Of a DNA stretch of 39,566 nucleotides, positions 8,183 to 18,034 are shown in pieces (within the stretch, counting starts at the first letter, position 1; each line of letters opens with the position of its first letter). The stretch comes from Dehalococcoidia bacterium (GTDB lineage Bacteria; Chloroflexota; Dehalococcoidia; Dehalococcoidales; UBA1222): NCBI GenBank assembly GCA_009776515.1, contig WRNP01000002.1, positions 1 to 39,566 of the forward strand, written 5' to 3'. A model generated the notes under the pieces. The model had not been told where the DNA came from and did no database searches. It saw only the letters and a program-made list of their open reading frames with translations. The translations under genes and the position numbers were made by a program.

Positions 8183-9121
8183 ATGTCAAACACTTTTCGT
8201 TACGGCGGACAGGCGGTCATGGAAGGGGTGATGATGCGCGGTCAGAGGAATCTAGCCATCGTGGTGCGCCGACCTGACGGCACCTTGGCCAAACAGGTAA
8301 AGCCCCTCTCCGCTATCTATACTGGGCCTCTCCGCCGCCTCCCCTTTGTACGCGGCGTCATTGCCCTGCTGGAGGCCCTCATTCTAGGCATGCAAAGCCT
8401 AATGTTCTCAACGAGTGTCGCTTTGGATGACGAGGAAAAACATGAGGCTGACCAACCCGCTGATGGCGGCAAGGGGATGGGGGCCGCCATTTGGGTCACC
8501 TTGCTTATCTCAATAGCTTTGGCAGTAGGGCTTTTTTTTCTGTTGCCTTTGTTTTTAACGCGCTGGATCTTACCGAACGATGCCTCAAGTCTGCTCTTCC
8601 ACTTCGCTGAGGGCATGGTGAGGTTAGTGATTTTCTTGGCTTATCTCTCCCTGGTCAGCCTCATGCCAGACATCAGGCGGGTTTTCGCCTACCACGGGGC
8701 AGAACACAAGACCATCCACGCTTATGAAGCTGGGGTGCCCCTCCAACCCAAAGACATACAGACTTTCACCACTGCCCATGCCCGTTGCGGGACGGCTTTT
8801 CTGCTAGCCGTCATGATCATCGCCATCTTAGTCTTCAGCCTCATTGGCAAACCTGGATTATGGCTCATGGTCGCCTCGCGCATTCTGCTCGTGCCGGTTA
8901 TTGCAGCATTCGCCTATGAACTCACCCAGCTTGGAGCACGCCATCTGGGAAATCCGATGGTACGTGCGGTCATGGCTCCGGGCTTGTGGTTGCAGAGCCT
9001 GACCACCAAACAGCCCGATGACAAGATGGTGGAAGTAAGCATCGCCGCCCTCGAAGAAGTGCTCATCGCCGACGGAGTGCTAACAAGGATTGAGTCAGCC
9101 TCTACAAATCCGCTGAGTTGA
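8183..9121 (+). CDS. DUF1385 (YqhQ-like) membrane protein
   Basis: The N-terminus YGGQAVMEGVMMRG and the motif YHGAEHK are typical of this family, as is a position next to rpmE. Confidence 0.8.
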   Translation: MSNTFRYGGQAVMEGVMMRGQRNLAIVVRRPDGTLAKQVKPLSAIYTGPLRRLPFVRGVIALLEALILGMQSLMFSTSVALDDEEKHEADQPADGGKGMGAAIWVTLLISIALAVGLFFLLPLFLTRWILPNDASSLLFHFAEGMVRLVIFLAYLSLVSLMPDIRRVFAYHGAEHKTIHAYEAGVPLQPKDIQTFTTAHARCGTAFLLAVMIIAILVFSLIGKPGLWLMVASRILLVPVIAAFAYELTQLGARHLGNPMVRAVMAPGLWLQSLTTKQPDDKMVEVSIAALEEVLIADGVLTRIESASTNPLS

Positions 9122-9425
9122 GACGGCGGAAGAAGCAACTCCGCTCGCCGGTATGGCAGGTAGGCCCAATTGGGTGGGCTTTTACTAGGACAGCATCGGC
9201 ATCGCAGTCGTACCATACTTCTTTCACTTTGAGATAGTTGCCAGAAGTAGCCCCTTTGTGCCACAGCTCCTGGCGGCTACGGCTCCAAAACCAAGCGTGT
9301 CCGCTCTCCAGGGTCTGCTTTAGAGCCTCAGCATCCATATAGCCCAGCATGAGCACTTCGCCCGTGGCAGAATCCTGGATAATGGCCGCCACAAGTCCCT
9401 TATCGTCCCATTTTATGTTAAGCAT
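9102..9425 (-). CDS. hisI: phosphoribosyl-AMP cyclohydrolase
   Basis: GLVAAIIQD..GEVLMLGYMD, WSRSRQELWHKG and CHTGERSCF motifs are present. Confidence 0.9.
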   Translation of the reverse strand: MLNIKWDDKGLVAAIIQDSATGEVLMLGYMDAEALKQTLESGHAWFWSRSRQELWHKGATSGNYLKVKEVWYDCDADAVLVKAHPIGPTCHTGERSCFFRRLNSADL

Positions 9426-9495
9426 GCTGGCAACCTCTTTCTATCATTTCTCCATCTTGGATCAAGCCGCGCACAACAGACGGTTTCATGAATGG

Positions 9496-10212
9496 CTAGC
9501 CCTCAACGGCTTGAAGTGCCTGCGGCAGGCTAAGGGCATCGGCATAAAGCGCCTTCCCGACGATCGCCCCCTCCGCCCCAATCTTCTTAAGCAACTTAAG
9601 GTGTAAGGCCGAAGCCACCCCTCCCGAGGCGATCACCGGAAACCTCGTACTGTCTATAAGCTCAAATATGGACAGGAAGTTGGGCTCGGTTAGGGTGCCA
9701 TCGCGGCTGATATCCGTATAAACGAAGCGCCGTACTCCAAGAGCGACCATCATTCTCGCAAAATCCACCGCCCTAAGATCCGTATTATGCGTCCAGCCAT
9801 GAGTGGTCAAATAGCCGTCACGGGCATCAATAGATACCACAATGGCCTGGCGGAAATTACGGCAAGCCTCTCTTACCATCTCGGGATCACTAACCGCCGC
9901 CGTACCAAGAACCACTCGATCGGCCCCCAATTTGATGAGCTTTTCCATAGTCACCAAAGTGCGAATGCCGCCACCCACCTCAATAGGGATGAAGATGGTC
10001 TCAGCGATACGCCGAATGGCCTCCGAATTCTGGGGATTACCGCTCTCCGCACCATCCAGATCCACAATATGTAGACGCGTCGCCCCCTGTGACTGCCACC
10101 GAAGTGCCATCTCCAGCGGGTCGTCGCCATAGACCGTCTCCTGGGCAAAGTCACCTTGAAAAAGACGCACGCATCGTCCGCTGCGGATATCTATGGCCGG
10201 AATAATCTCTAT
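9496..10212 (-). CDS. hisA: ProFAR isomerase HisA, probable ATA or ATT start
   Basis: The ORF-track start (GTG 10170) removes the conserved N-terminus IIPAIDIRSGRCVRL, which is encoded in frame upstream. The frame is open only back to the TGA at 10216-10218 and holds no ATG, GTG or TTG. GAGGAG lies 6 nt upstream of the ATA at 10212. Confidence 0.85.
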   Translation of the reverse strand: MEIIPAIDIRSGRCVRLFQGDFAQETVYGDDPLEMALRWQSQGATRLHIVDLDGAESGNPQNSEAIRRIAETIFIPIEVGGGIRTLVTMEKLIKLGADRVVLGTAAVSDPEMVREACRNFRQAIVVSIDARDGYLTTHGWTHNTDLRAVDFARMMVALGVRRFVYTDISRDGTLTEPNFLSIFELIDSTRFPVIASGGVASALHLKLLKKIGAEGAIVGKALYADALSLPQALQAVEG

Positions 10213-10539
10213 GGCTCACTCCTCAACCTAAACAGAGCAACCATTATAGCATCTGGGCAGAACAGGCGTCATGTAACATATGACCACTAGCTAATGAGCC
10301 GCGCCCCATTTTCTCGGTAAATATTCTGCCAAATTGAAATATCTCCTCACGCTTGATTTCGCCACCGGAAATTATGAAGGCATAGAACAAAATAAATATC
10401 ATTGAATGGCTGTTAACGTAAATTTCTGCTTAGTTGAGCCCGGCCACAGTTATGGTGCCTGAGCGATACAATGGGTATATACCTGAGTGAACTGGCGACA
10501 CCCTATCGCGTCAACCATATCGTTGCTGAAATGCGTTGT

Positions 10540-10569
10540 TTGCTGCCCCTCCCACACGCGATGTATAAT
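10540..10569 (+). promoter_or_regulatory. candidate promoter of gatC
   Basis: TTGCTG (10540-10545), an 18-nt spacer, then TATAAT (10564-10569) preceded by TG. Confidence 0.4.
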
Positions 10570-10586
10570 GCCAGCGAGGTAATAAG

Positions 10587-10880
10587 ATGAGTCTCACTCG
10601 TGAAGAGGTTATGCATATCGCCGCCTTAGCCAAACTCGGAATGGCCGAAGAGGATATCGCCTGCTTCCAAGAACAGCTTTCCAATATCCTCGAAAACTTC
10701 GAGGTCTTAAAGCAAGTGGACACGGAGAACATCCCGCCCACAGCTCAGGCCAACGCCCTATGCGACGTCATGCAGGATGATACCGCCCAACCATCGCTCT
10801 CCCCAGAGGCGGTGCTGGCCAACGCCCCGCGGCGCGAAGGTGATTTTTTTCGCATCCGCGCCGTGCTGGAAGATGACTAG
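10587..10880 (+). CDS. gatC: Asp/Glu-tRNA amidotransferase subunit C
   Basis: LTREEVMHIAALAKLGMAEEDI... is typical of GatC. Confidence 0.9.
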   Translation: MSLTREEVMHIAALAKLGMAEEDIACFQEQLSNILENFEVLKQVDTENIPPTAQANALCDVMQDDTAQPSLSPEAVLANAPRREGDFFRIRAVLEDD

Positions 10881-11020
10881 GAGTCACTGAGAAACGCCAA
10901 CCGCCACCAAGGCTTAGCCCAAAGCACGAGAATCTTTTTCATACGAATTAAGATGCAACCCCGGGTCGGGCGAAGGCGAAACTTTCTATATCATGCCTGT
11001 GGGCAGGATGGAGTCATAAA

Positions 11021-12481
11021 TTGGAAATCAAAAGCTGCCTTACCATACATGAAGTAGGCAAACTTCTGAAAAAGAAAGAGGTTTCCGCTGTTGAGCTGGC
11101 AGAGTCCTGCCTGCAGAGAATTGAAAAGCTGGAGCCCCACCTCAAGGCTTTTACCACCGTCACCGCCGAGCTGGCGCTAAAGCAAGCCGAGGAGGCCGAC
11201 CGAAAGTTTAAACATGGCGAAGCCACCCCCCTCACTGGTGTGCCCGCCGCGATGAAGGATTTGTTGTGTACCATGGGGGTGCGCACTACCTGCTCCTCCC
11301 ATATACTAGAGAGCTTTGCCCCTCCCTACGATGCCACCGTCATCAAAAAGCTGAAAGATGCCGGCATGGTAATGCTAGGCAAGACCAACATGGATGAATT
11401 CGCTATGGGCTCCTCCACAGAGAACTCAGCTTTCTTCGTTACCCATAACCCCTGGGATACAGCCCGCGTGCCGGGGGGTTCTTCGGGTGGCTCAGCCGCT
11501 GCCGTGGCCGCCGGTGAGACGGTCTATGCCTTGGGATCCGACACCGGGGGCAGTATCCGCCAGCCAGCGGGCTTCTGCTCCATCGTAGGCCTCAAGCCTA
11601 CTTACGGACGCGTGAGCCGCTTCGGATTGATAGCCTACGCCTCGTCGCTTGATCAAATCGGCCCCATGACCCGCGATGTGACCGATGCTGCCCTAGTGAT
11701 GAACACCATCGCAGGCCACGACGCAGGCGATGCCACCTCAGTTGATTGCCCTGTGCCAGACTACACCCAAAGCCTGACCGGCGATATCAGAGGTCTGCGC
11801 TTGGGTGTGCCCAAAGAGTACTTTACGACAGGCATGCAACCCGAAGTCAGCCAGACCGTGCGCACCGCCATCGCCAAGATGGAAGCATTGGGAGCGAAGG
11901 TTGATTGGGAGGCCAGTTTGCCTTCCACGTCCTATGCCCTGGCCGTCTACTATGTCATCGCCCCGAGCGAGGCTTCGGCCAACCTGGCGCGCTATGACGG
12001 CGCCAAGTACGGTTTCTCCTACGCCCAGACCGAGAATATGTGGGAGGTAATGGAGAAGACGCGCCAGTTCGGCTTTGGGCCAGAGGTCAAGCGGCGCATC
12101 ATGCTCGGCACCTATGCCCTCTCAGCAGGTTATTATGATGCATACTATCTCAAGGCGCAGAAGGTGCGCACAATTATTCGCCGTGAGTTTGAGCAGGCAT
12201 TTGAAAAATATGATGCCATCGTCACCCCGACCTCCCCTACCGTGCCTTTTATGATCGGCGAGAAGACCAGTGACCCCTTACGTATGTACCTCTCAGACGT
12301 ATGCACCCTGCCCATCAACATCGCTGGCGTGCCGGCTCTCTCCCTACCCGCCGGGTTCGTCGGCGGGTTGCCCGTTGGGATGCAGGTCATCGCTCGTCCT
12401 TTCGCCGAGGAAACCATCTTCAAGATAGCCTATGCCTACGAGCAAGCAACAGATTGGCACCGGATGAAGCCGGAGATTTAA
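11021..12481 (+). CDS. gatA: Asp/Glu-tRNA amidotransferase subunit A
   Basis: It carries the amidase signature GGSSGGSAAAVAAG and DTGGSIRQPA. TTG start 7 nt after GGAG. Confidence 0.95.
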   Translation: MEIKSCLTIHEVGKLLKKKEVSAVELAESCLQRIEKLEPHLKAFTTVTAELALKQAEEADRKFKHGEATPLTGVPAAMKDLLCTMGVRTTCSSHILESFAPPYDATVIKKLKDAGMVMLGKTNMDEFAMGSSTENSAFFVTHNPWDTARVPGGSSGGSAAAVAAGETVYALGSDTGGSIRQPAGFCSIVGLKPTYGRVSRFGLIAYASSLDQIGPMTRDVTDAALVMNTIAGHDAGDATSVDCPVPDYTQSLTGDIRGLRLGVPKEYFTTGMQPEVSQTVRTAIAKMEALGAKVDWEASLPSTSYALAVYYVIAPSEASANLARYDGAKYGFSYAQTENMWEVMEKTRQFGFGPEVKRRIMLGTYALSAGYYDAYYLKAQKVRTIIRREFEQAFEKYDAIVTPTSPTVPFMIGEKTSDPLRMYLSDVCTLPINIAGVPALSLPAGFVGGLPVGMQVIARPFAEETIFKIAYAYEQATDWHRMKPEI

Positions 12482-12748
12482 ATTATGCCAGATGGTCCAA
12501 TAACTGAAGTACCATTAACTCAGACCATATCCCAGTTAGACTGGTTGAATTATACCGTTAAATGAGCTACACTGAGTAGTGAAAGCAACTATGCCGTTAC
12601 AGTATTTTATGCCATCTCTATCGCGGCAGGATGTGTTCGTTCCAGCCTGCCTAAGTTAAGGCTGTTTGTCGCAGCCTGCCACCGATTCGCCCCAAGGTTA
12701 ACAGCAATCTCACCAAATTCACTATCGGTGCTGGGTTAGGAGAAAACA

Positions 12749-13099
12749 ATGGCAGATACCAACTACCAGGCCATCAAAATAAGAATCGAGAAAGATCGAG
12801 AGCAACTTAACGATCAGCTTGAGCAGATTCGAACGGCGCGCACCGCCAATGAAAGGCGAGAGGGCAGCCCTTTCGGTAAACGGGAAGAGGAGGCCAGCGA
12901 GACCGCTGAGCTGGAAAACCTCATCGCCCAGGAAAAACGCATCCTCGACCAATTGGTTGATATTGATCTGGCAGTCAAAAAGCTAGACAACGGCACCTAC
13001 GGACAGTGCCAAAAGTGCGGCGAGCAGATTGAGGCCGCCCGCCTTGAGGCCATCCCCATCGCTAAAATATGCATGAAGTGCGCCCAGATTAAGAAATGA
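12749..13099 (+). CDS. TraR/DksA-family C4 zinc-finger protein
   Basis: A coiled-coil N-terminus is followed by CQKCGEQI...CMKC. Confidence 0.8.
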   Translation: MADTNYQAIKIRIEKDREQLNDQLEQIRTARTANERREGSPFGKREEEASETAELENLIAQEKRILDQLVDIDLAVKKLDNGTYGQCQKCGEQIEAARLEAIPIAKICMKCAQIKK

Positions 13100-13611
13100 T
13101 AGGCAAAAGCCGCCTGAAAGAGATCGCTGCCTTCCTCCTTCCGGCGGCGACCGCCGTCTCTCTAGATCAACTCACCAAGTATTTGGTAAAGCAACATATT
13201 GCACTGGGAGGCTCCGTCCCCGCCACCGGTTTTTTTCGCCTGACCCACGTCCGAAATACCGGGGCATCTTTCGGCATCTTTCAAGAGCACACTGTGGCTC
13301 TAGCTGTCGTTTCCGCCGTCATGGCGCTGGTGGTACTTTGGCTTGGAATATTCATGAACCGCCGCTTTGATTTCCTGCGTAGCCGCCTCAGCCTAATCGC
13401 CCTAGGGATGATGTTGGGCGGCATCATCGGCAATTTTATTGACCGCACCTTCATCGGATACGTAACCGACTTCCTCAAAATGGGCGCTTGGCCGGACTAC
13501 AACATCGCCGATGCCTCAGCAGTGGTAGGCAGCATCGTCTTGGCCGTCATCCTCTTTCGTTCTGCGCTTAACGAGCATACAGATGGACCGCCCGAAACAA
13601 CTCGTTGTTGA
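13096..13611 (+). CDS. lspA: lipoprotein signal peptidase II
   Basis: DQLTK, NTGASFG, GNFIDR, VTDF and NIADA motifs are present. Confidence 0.9.
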   Translation: MIGKSRLKEIAAFLLPAATAVSLDQLTKYLVKQHIALGGSVPATGFFRLTHVRNTGASFGIFQEHTVALAVVSAVMALVVLWLGIFMNRRFDFLRSRLSLIALGMMLGGIIGNFIDRTFIGYVTDFLKMGAWPDYNIADASAVVGSIVLAVILFRSALNEHTDGPPETTRC

Positions 13612-14509
13612 TCATGGCAGCAAGAGGCTTGACTGTTTTGTAGCCGAGCATAGCCCGGAGTTCTCGCGCAGCTTTATTCAAAAGCTCATTGCCGAGGGTT
13701 GGATAACAGTCAACGCTCAGCCCGCCAAGCCCGCTCTCCGGCTGAAAACGGGTGATCGGGTGGTGATTGCAACCCCACCCCCCGAACCCAGCCCTCTCGC
13801 CCCCGAACATATCCCCCTTGATATCATTTATGAAGATGCCGACCTTATTGTGATAAACAAGCCTTCTGGCATGACCACTCATCCGGCACCTGGCAACCGT
13901 GCCGGCACTTTGGTGAACGCCTTATTGGGCCTCCTGCCAGAGCTCACCGCAGGTAGCGCCCCTGAGCGCCCCGGCATCGTACACCGCCTGGACAAGGACA
14001 CGTCGGGCCTTATCGTTGTCGCTAAGCACCGCCGGGCATTGGAAGACCTCTCTGGCCAGTTCAAGTCGCGCCGGGTGGAAAAAACGTACCTCGCCCTCGT
14101 CAAGGGGCACCCCGAACCAGAGGCAGGCTTGATCGACGCCCCCATCGGGCGCAACCCTGTCCACCATCAAAGGATGGCCGTGGTCTCCTCCGGCCGTCCA
14201 GCCCAGACCGCCTACCGCGTAAGGCGCCGCCTTGGCGGTTACACCCTGCTTACGCTTAAACCTGCTACCGGACGCACACATCAAATACGCGTCCATCTGG
14301 CTGGAATTGGCCATCCCGTAGTGGGAGATGCCGTCTATGGTATACGCTCAGAACTGGTAGCACGCCAATTCCTGCACGCCTACAAGCTCACTTTTCGGTT
14401 GCCCTCCACCGGCACGGAGGCCACTTTCACCGCCCCCCTCCCCACCGATCTCGGGTCTGCCCTAGAGACACTCGTCTGCGGAGGCTCAAGGATAGAATAT
14501 AACCGATAA
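13583..14509 (+). CDS. rluD: RluA-family 23S rRNA pseudouridine synthase (RluD-like, with S4 domain)
   Basis: HRLDKDTSGLIVVAK and GRTHQIRVH motifs are present. Confidence 0.9.
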   Translation: MDRPKQLVVDHGSKRLDCFVAEHSPEFSRSFIQKLIAEGWITVNAQPAKPALRLKTGDRVVIATPPPEPSPLAPEHIPLDIIYEDADLIVINKPSGMTTHPAPGNRAGTLVNALLGLLPELTAGSAPERPGIVHRLDKDTSGLIVVAKHRRALEDLSGQFKSRRVEKTYLALVKGHPEPEAGLIDAPIGRNPVHHQRMAVVSSGRPAQTAYRVRRRLGGYTLLTLKPATGRTHQIRVHLAGIGHPVVGDAVYGIRSELVARQFLHAYKLTFRLPSTGTEATFTAPLPTDLGSALETLVCGGSRIEYNR

Positions 14510-14613
14510 TGTATAATGGACACCACCTCGCTTGAGGTCCGGGCAATTTGCCATAGGATCTGGCGGGATTTTGCGACCCGCATCGTTCAAATAAATTATC
14601 GAGGTTTCCGCCC

Positions 14614-16068
14614 ATGAAGCAGATTCGTGTCCGATATGCCCCCTCACCCACCGGCATCCCCCACGTGGGCAACATCCGCACCGCCCTCTTCAATTGGCTC
14701 TTCGCCCGCCACACCGGTGGGACTTTTATCGTGCGCATTGAGGATACCGATGTCGCCCGTACGGTGCCGGAAGCGCTGGAAGCCATCCTGGAGAGTCTGC
14801 GGTGGCTGGGGATAGACTGGGATGAGGGTCCGGAGGCAGGCGGTAATGCCGGCCCTTACTTCCAATCGCAACGGCTAGAGTTGTATAACCGCATGTCAGC
14901 GGAGCTGGTAGCAAAGGGAGATGCTTACTATTGCCACTGTACCCCAGAGAGGCTGGAGGAAATGCGTAAGGAGCAGACCGCCCGCAAAGCGCCGCCGGGC
15001 TACGACCGCCGCTGCCGTGAGTTGGGGCTGGGCCCAGCCCCAAACGCGGTCATCCGTTTTAAGATACCACTAAGCTTAAAAACGACTTTTCGCGACCTCA
15101 TCCGGGGCGAGGTCACCTTTGATAATGCCGTGCTGGACGACTTTGTACTGCTAAAATCGGACGGTTATCCCACCTACCACCTAGCAAACGTGATTGATGA
15201 CAACTATATGAAAATAAGCCATGTCATGCGCGGTGAGGAGTGGCTATCTTCCACCCCCCGCCACCTCATGCTGTACCGTGCCTTCGGATGGTCGCCACCC
15301 GAATTTGCCCACCTACCAATCATCTTGGGCACTGACCGTAGCAAGCTCTCCAAGCGCCATGGGGCCGTGGCTCTCCTGGACTATCGGGCACAGGGCTATT
15401 TGGCTGAGGCCATGACAAACTTCCTCGCCCTCTTAGGTTGGTCGCTGGATGATAAAACCGAGCTCTTCTCCAAGGAAGAACTTTGTCGCCATTTCACCAT
15501 TGAGCGCGTGAGCCAAACGGCAGCCATCTTCAACAAGGAAAAACTGGACTGGATGAATGGTGTCTATATCCGTGCCCTCACCACAGACGCATTCGCGGCG
15601 CGCGCCTTGCCCTTCCTGGAAAAAGGTTTGCCCCCAGAGATTGTAAGGCCGCTCGACCAAAGTTATGTTAAAAAGGTACTGGCTCTGGTGCAGGAACGGG
15701 CGAAAACGCTCGCCGAAGCAGCGAGCCCAGAGCTGAGTTGGTTCTTTTTTACCGATCGGGTAGATTACCCAGCCGAGCTCCTGATAGACAAGAAGCTCGA
15801 CAAAACACAGACCGCAAACTTGCTTGCCACAACCACCGCAAGACTGGATGTCCTGCCCGCCTTTGACGCCACCACTCTGGAAGGAATGTTGCGCCCCCTG
15901 GCCGAGGAGATGGGCCTTAAAGCCGGACAGCTTTTCGGAGCGCTCCGTACCGCCGTCTCTGGGCTCACAGCAACCCCGCCCCTCTTCCAGATGATGGAGA
16001 CACTAGGTAAGCACCGCTCCATAACCAGAATAAGAGAGGCCGCTGCCAAACTTGAAGCGCTAGGGTAA
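14614..16068 (+). CDS. gltX: glutamyl-tRNA synthetase
   Basis: RYAPSPTGIPHVGN (HIGH motif) and KLSKRHG (KMSKS motif) are present. Confidence 0.95.
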   Translation: MKQIRVRYAPSPTGIPHVGNIRTALFNWLFARHTGGTFIVRIEDTDVARTVPEALEAILESLRWLGIDWDEGPEAGGNAGPYFQSQRLELYNRMSAELVAKGDAYYCHCTPERLEEMRKEQTARKAPPGYDRRCRELGLGPAPNAVIRFKIPLSLKTTFRDLIRGEVTFDNAVLDDFVLLKSDGYPTYHLANVIDDNYMKISHVMRGEEWLSSTPRHLMLYRAFGWSPPEFAHLPIILGTDRSKLSKRHGAVALLDYRAQGYLAEAMTNFLALLGWSLDDKTELFSKEELCRHFTIERVSQTAAIFNKEKLDWMNGVYIRALTTDAFAARALPFLEKGLPPEIVRPLDQSYVKKVLALVQERAKTLAEAASPELSWFFFTDRVDYPAELLIDKKLDKTQTANLLATTTARLDVLPAFDATTLEGMLRPLAEEMGLKAGQLFGALRTAVSGLTATPPLFQMMETLGKHRSITRIREAAAKLEALG

Positions 16069-16083
16069 GCTAAAAGGCCGCGC

Positions 16084-16680
16084 ATGGAAAAGCAACCCGC
16101 CAGAAAATATCCCCAAATCGGTGTCTGTGAACTGAATCGTGGGCTCTGCCCCCAAACTCACACCATGGGCATAAGCACCTGTGCCAGATGCGACGGCGAT
16201 GGCTTCTTAGAAAAACACCCCGCTTGTGGCATCCTCGCCTTCGCCAGACGGCACAAACTAGAGGTATGCGATGAATACTCCCGGCTGATATCCTGCCTCC
16301 GCATCTGCCTCAAGTTCGTCGCTGCCAACGCGATCATCAGCTTCATGTCATGCCGGAGGCTGCTGAACAATCTGGAGAGCATCAGGCGATACGGTCTTGC
16401 CGCCATGGTATGCACCCTCAAGGAAAAGGTAGCTTTCCTGCGCTGGATGATCTCGGTCTATGATGACGACCGCAGCAAGGGCTTTTATTGTCTCTGCGCC
16501 CAGTTATTACCCGCAGAAAGATCAAAACTCTCCCTCGCCTTAGCCGAGCAGCAGATGAGTACCAAGCTCACCGCCCGACAGAGAGCCGCACTGGTGCAGG
16601 ATACGTTTGGGGAAATGGCGGAGGACTTGGGGGCGAAGCTTAAACTGAGGCGCAAGAAAACAGTCCCATCAGCCATATGA
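16084..16680 (+). CDS. Cys-rich hypothetical protein, N-terminus DUF3795-like
   Basis: IGVCELNRGLCPQTHT...CARCDGDGF..HPACG resembles the DUF3795 cysteine pattern with some Cys replaced. The C-terminal half is unrecognised. An ATGA overlap links it to the next gene. Confidence 0.4.
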   Translation: MEKQPARKYPQIGVCELNRGLCPQTHTMGISTCARCDGDGFLEKHPACGILAFARRHKLEVCDEYSRLISCLRICLKFVAANAIISFMSCRRLLNNLESIRRYGLAAMVCTLKEKVAFLRWMISVYDDDRSKGFYCLCAQLLPAERSKLSLALAEQQMSTKLTARQRAALVQDTFGEMAEDLGAKLKLRRKKTVPSAI

Positions 16681-17669
16681 CCATGGGGAACTACACAGCC
16701 TCCTACCTTACTCTTTTCCGCTCCGGCGAGCTCAATAAGCGTGCCGCACGCCTTGCCGAGAGTCTATCATCCTGTGAGCTTTGTCCGCGCCGTTGCGGTG
16801 CTGTCCGTGCGCAGGGAGAGTTAGGGTTTTGCCGCTCCGGGGTACTCCCAGTTGTCTCTTCTTCTTGTGCCCATCACGGCGAGGAGCCAGTGCTTTCTGG
16901 CACCCACGGCTCGGGAACCATCTTCTTCGGCAACTGCAATCTGCGTTGCGCTTTCTGCCAAAACTATCAGATAAGCCAAGCTCCGGATCGGCAAAAAGTA
17001 AATGAGGTCAGCCTTGAAAGACTAGCGGAGATAATGCTCTCCCTCCAAGCCCAAGGTTGCCACAACATAAACCTCGTCTCGCCCACCCACTTCGTCCCAC
17101 AGATCGTTCAGGCACTAGCGTTGGCCGCACCGCAAGGCCTGAACATCCCTCTGGTCTATAACACCAACGCCTACGATAGCCTGACGACACTACGAGAGCT
17201 TAGCGGTATCATTGATATATACCTGCCAGATCTCAAGTATGCCACAGACGAGAACGCAGAGAAGTATTCTCAAGCTCCAAATTACCCGCAAACAGCGCGT
17301 GCGGCCATAAGGGAGATGTTCCGCCAGGTAGGCATACTAGAAACAGACACCGATGATATCGCGGAGCGCGGTGTAATCGTGCGCCACCTTATCCTACCAC
17401 ACAATGCGGCGGGAACCGAGGAGTCTCTCCAGTGGCTCGCGCACGAAGTCTCGCCTGACATCACCGTAAGCCTCATGAGTCAGTACTACCCCATCCACCG
17501 CGCCACACAGTACCCAGAGCTTGCACGCCCCATCACCGCAGCAGAGCATGCGGTAGCGGAGCGTTCGCTAGCAAAGGCGGGCATTGAGAACGGATGGGTG
17601 CAGGACCCAGCCTCACCAGAAAACTATTTGCCAGACTTCACGCGGCCTGGCCATCCCTTTGGAAGCTAG
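16677..17669 (+). CDS. radical SAM protein (PflX/COG1313-like activase family)
   Basis: It has the CX3CX2C motif GNCNLRCAFCQNYQ and an N-terminal CELCPRRC...FC motif. Confidence 0.8.
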   Translation: MTMGNYTASYLTLFRSGELNKRAARLAESLSSCELCPRRCGAVRAQGELGFCRSGVLPVVSSSCAHHGEEPVLSGTHGSGTIFFGNCNLRCAFCQNYQISQAPDRQKVNEVSLERLAEIMLSLQAQGCHNINLVSPTHFVPQIVQALALAAPQGLNIPLVYNTNAYDSLTTLRELSGIIDIYLPDLKYATDENAEKYSQAPNYPQTARAAIREMFRQVGILETDTDDIAERGVIVRHLILPHNAAGTEESLQWLAHEVSPDITVSLMSQYYPIHRATQYPELARPITAAEHAVAERSLAKAGIENGWVQDPASPENYLPDFTRPGHPFGS

Positions 17670-18034
17670 ATTATTCGCCATTTCGAATTGGTAATGCCAA
17701 TCTAAGGCTAGTAGCTTCAGAAACACCTTGTTTTCGCCCGTAGCTCATGCAAATTACGTTTAAACACCGGATTCTTGCATTGCTGGGCTATACAGACACT
17801 GCTGGTGATAACCGAGAACGGCGGTACCACCTAAGTTTCGGCCTGCTGATAATAATCCCTGCAATCAACAGGCCGTCTTTGCTTCCTCAAGTCAGCGAGG
17901 CGAGTCGTCTCATCTTGGCGCCGAAGCTAAGCTCCAACTCAATCCTCGGCATGCTATGATTAACCTACTTCTTTATTACTACTGCTACCATCCACCACGT
18001 TGCCACTTAGCTGGCAATCAGTGAGGCCGCGGTT

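Noticed and set aside
17736-17760. The tRNA-like string GCCCGTAGCTCA in the 17.67-18.03 kb intergenic region, and the ORF 17747..17959(+).
   Set aside because: No complementary D-stem, anticodon arm, T-loop (GTTCGA-type) or acceptor 3' half follows. The ORF has no RBS or recognisable features. The region is treated as non-coding.
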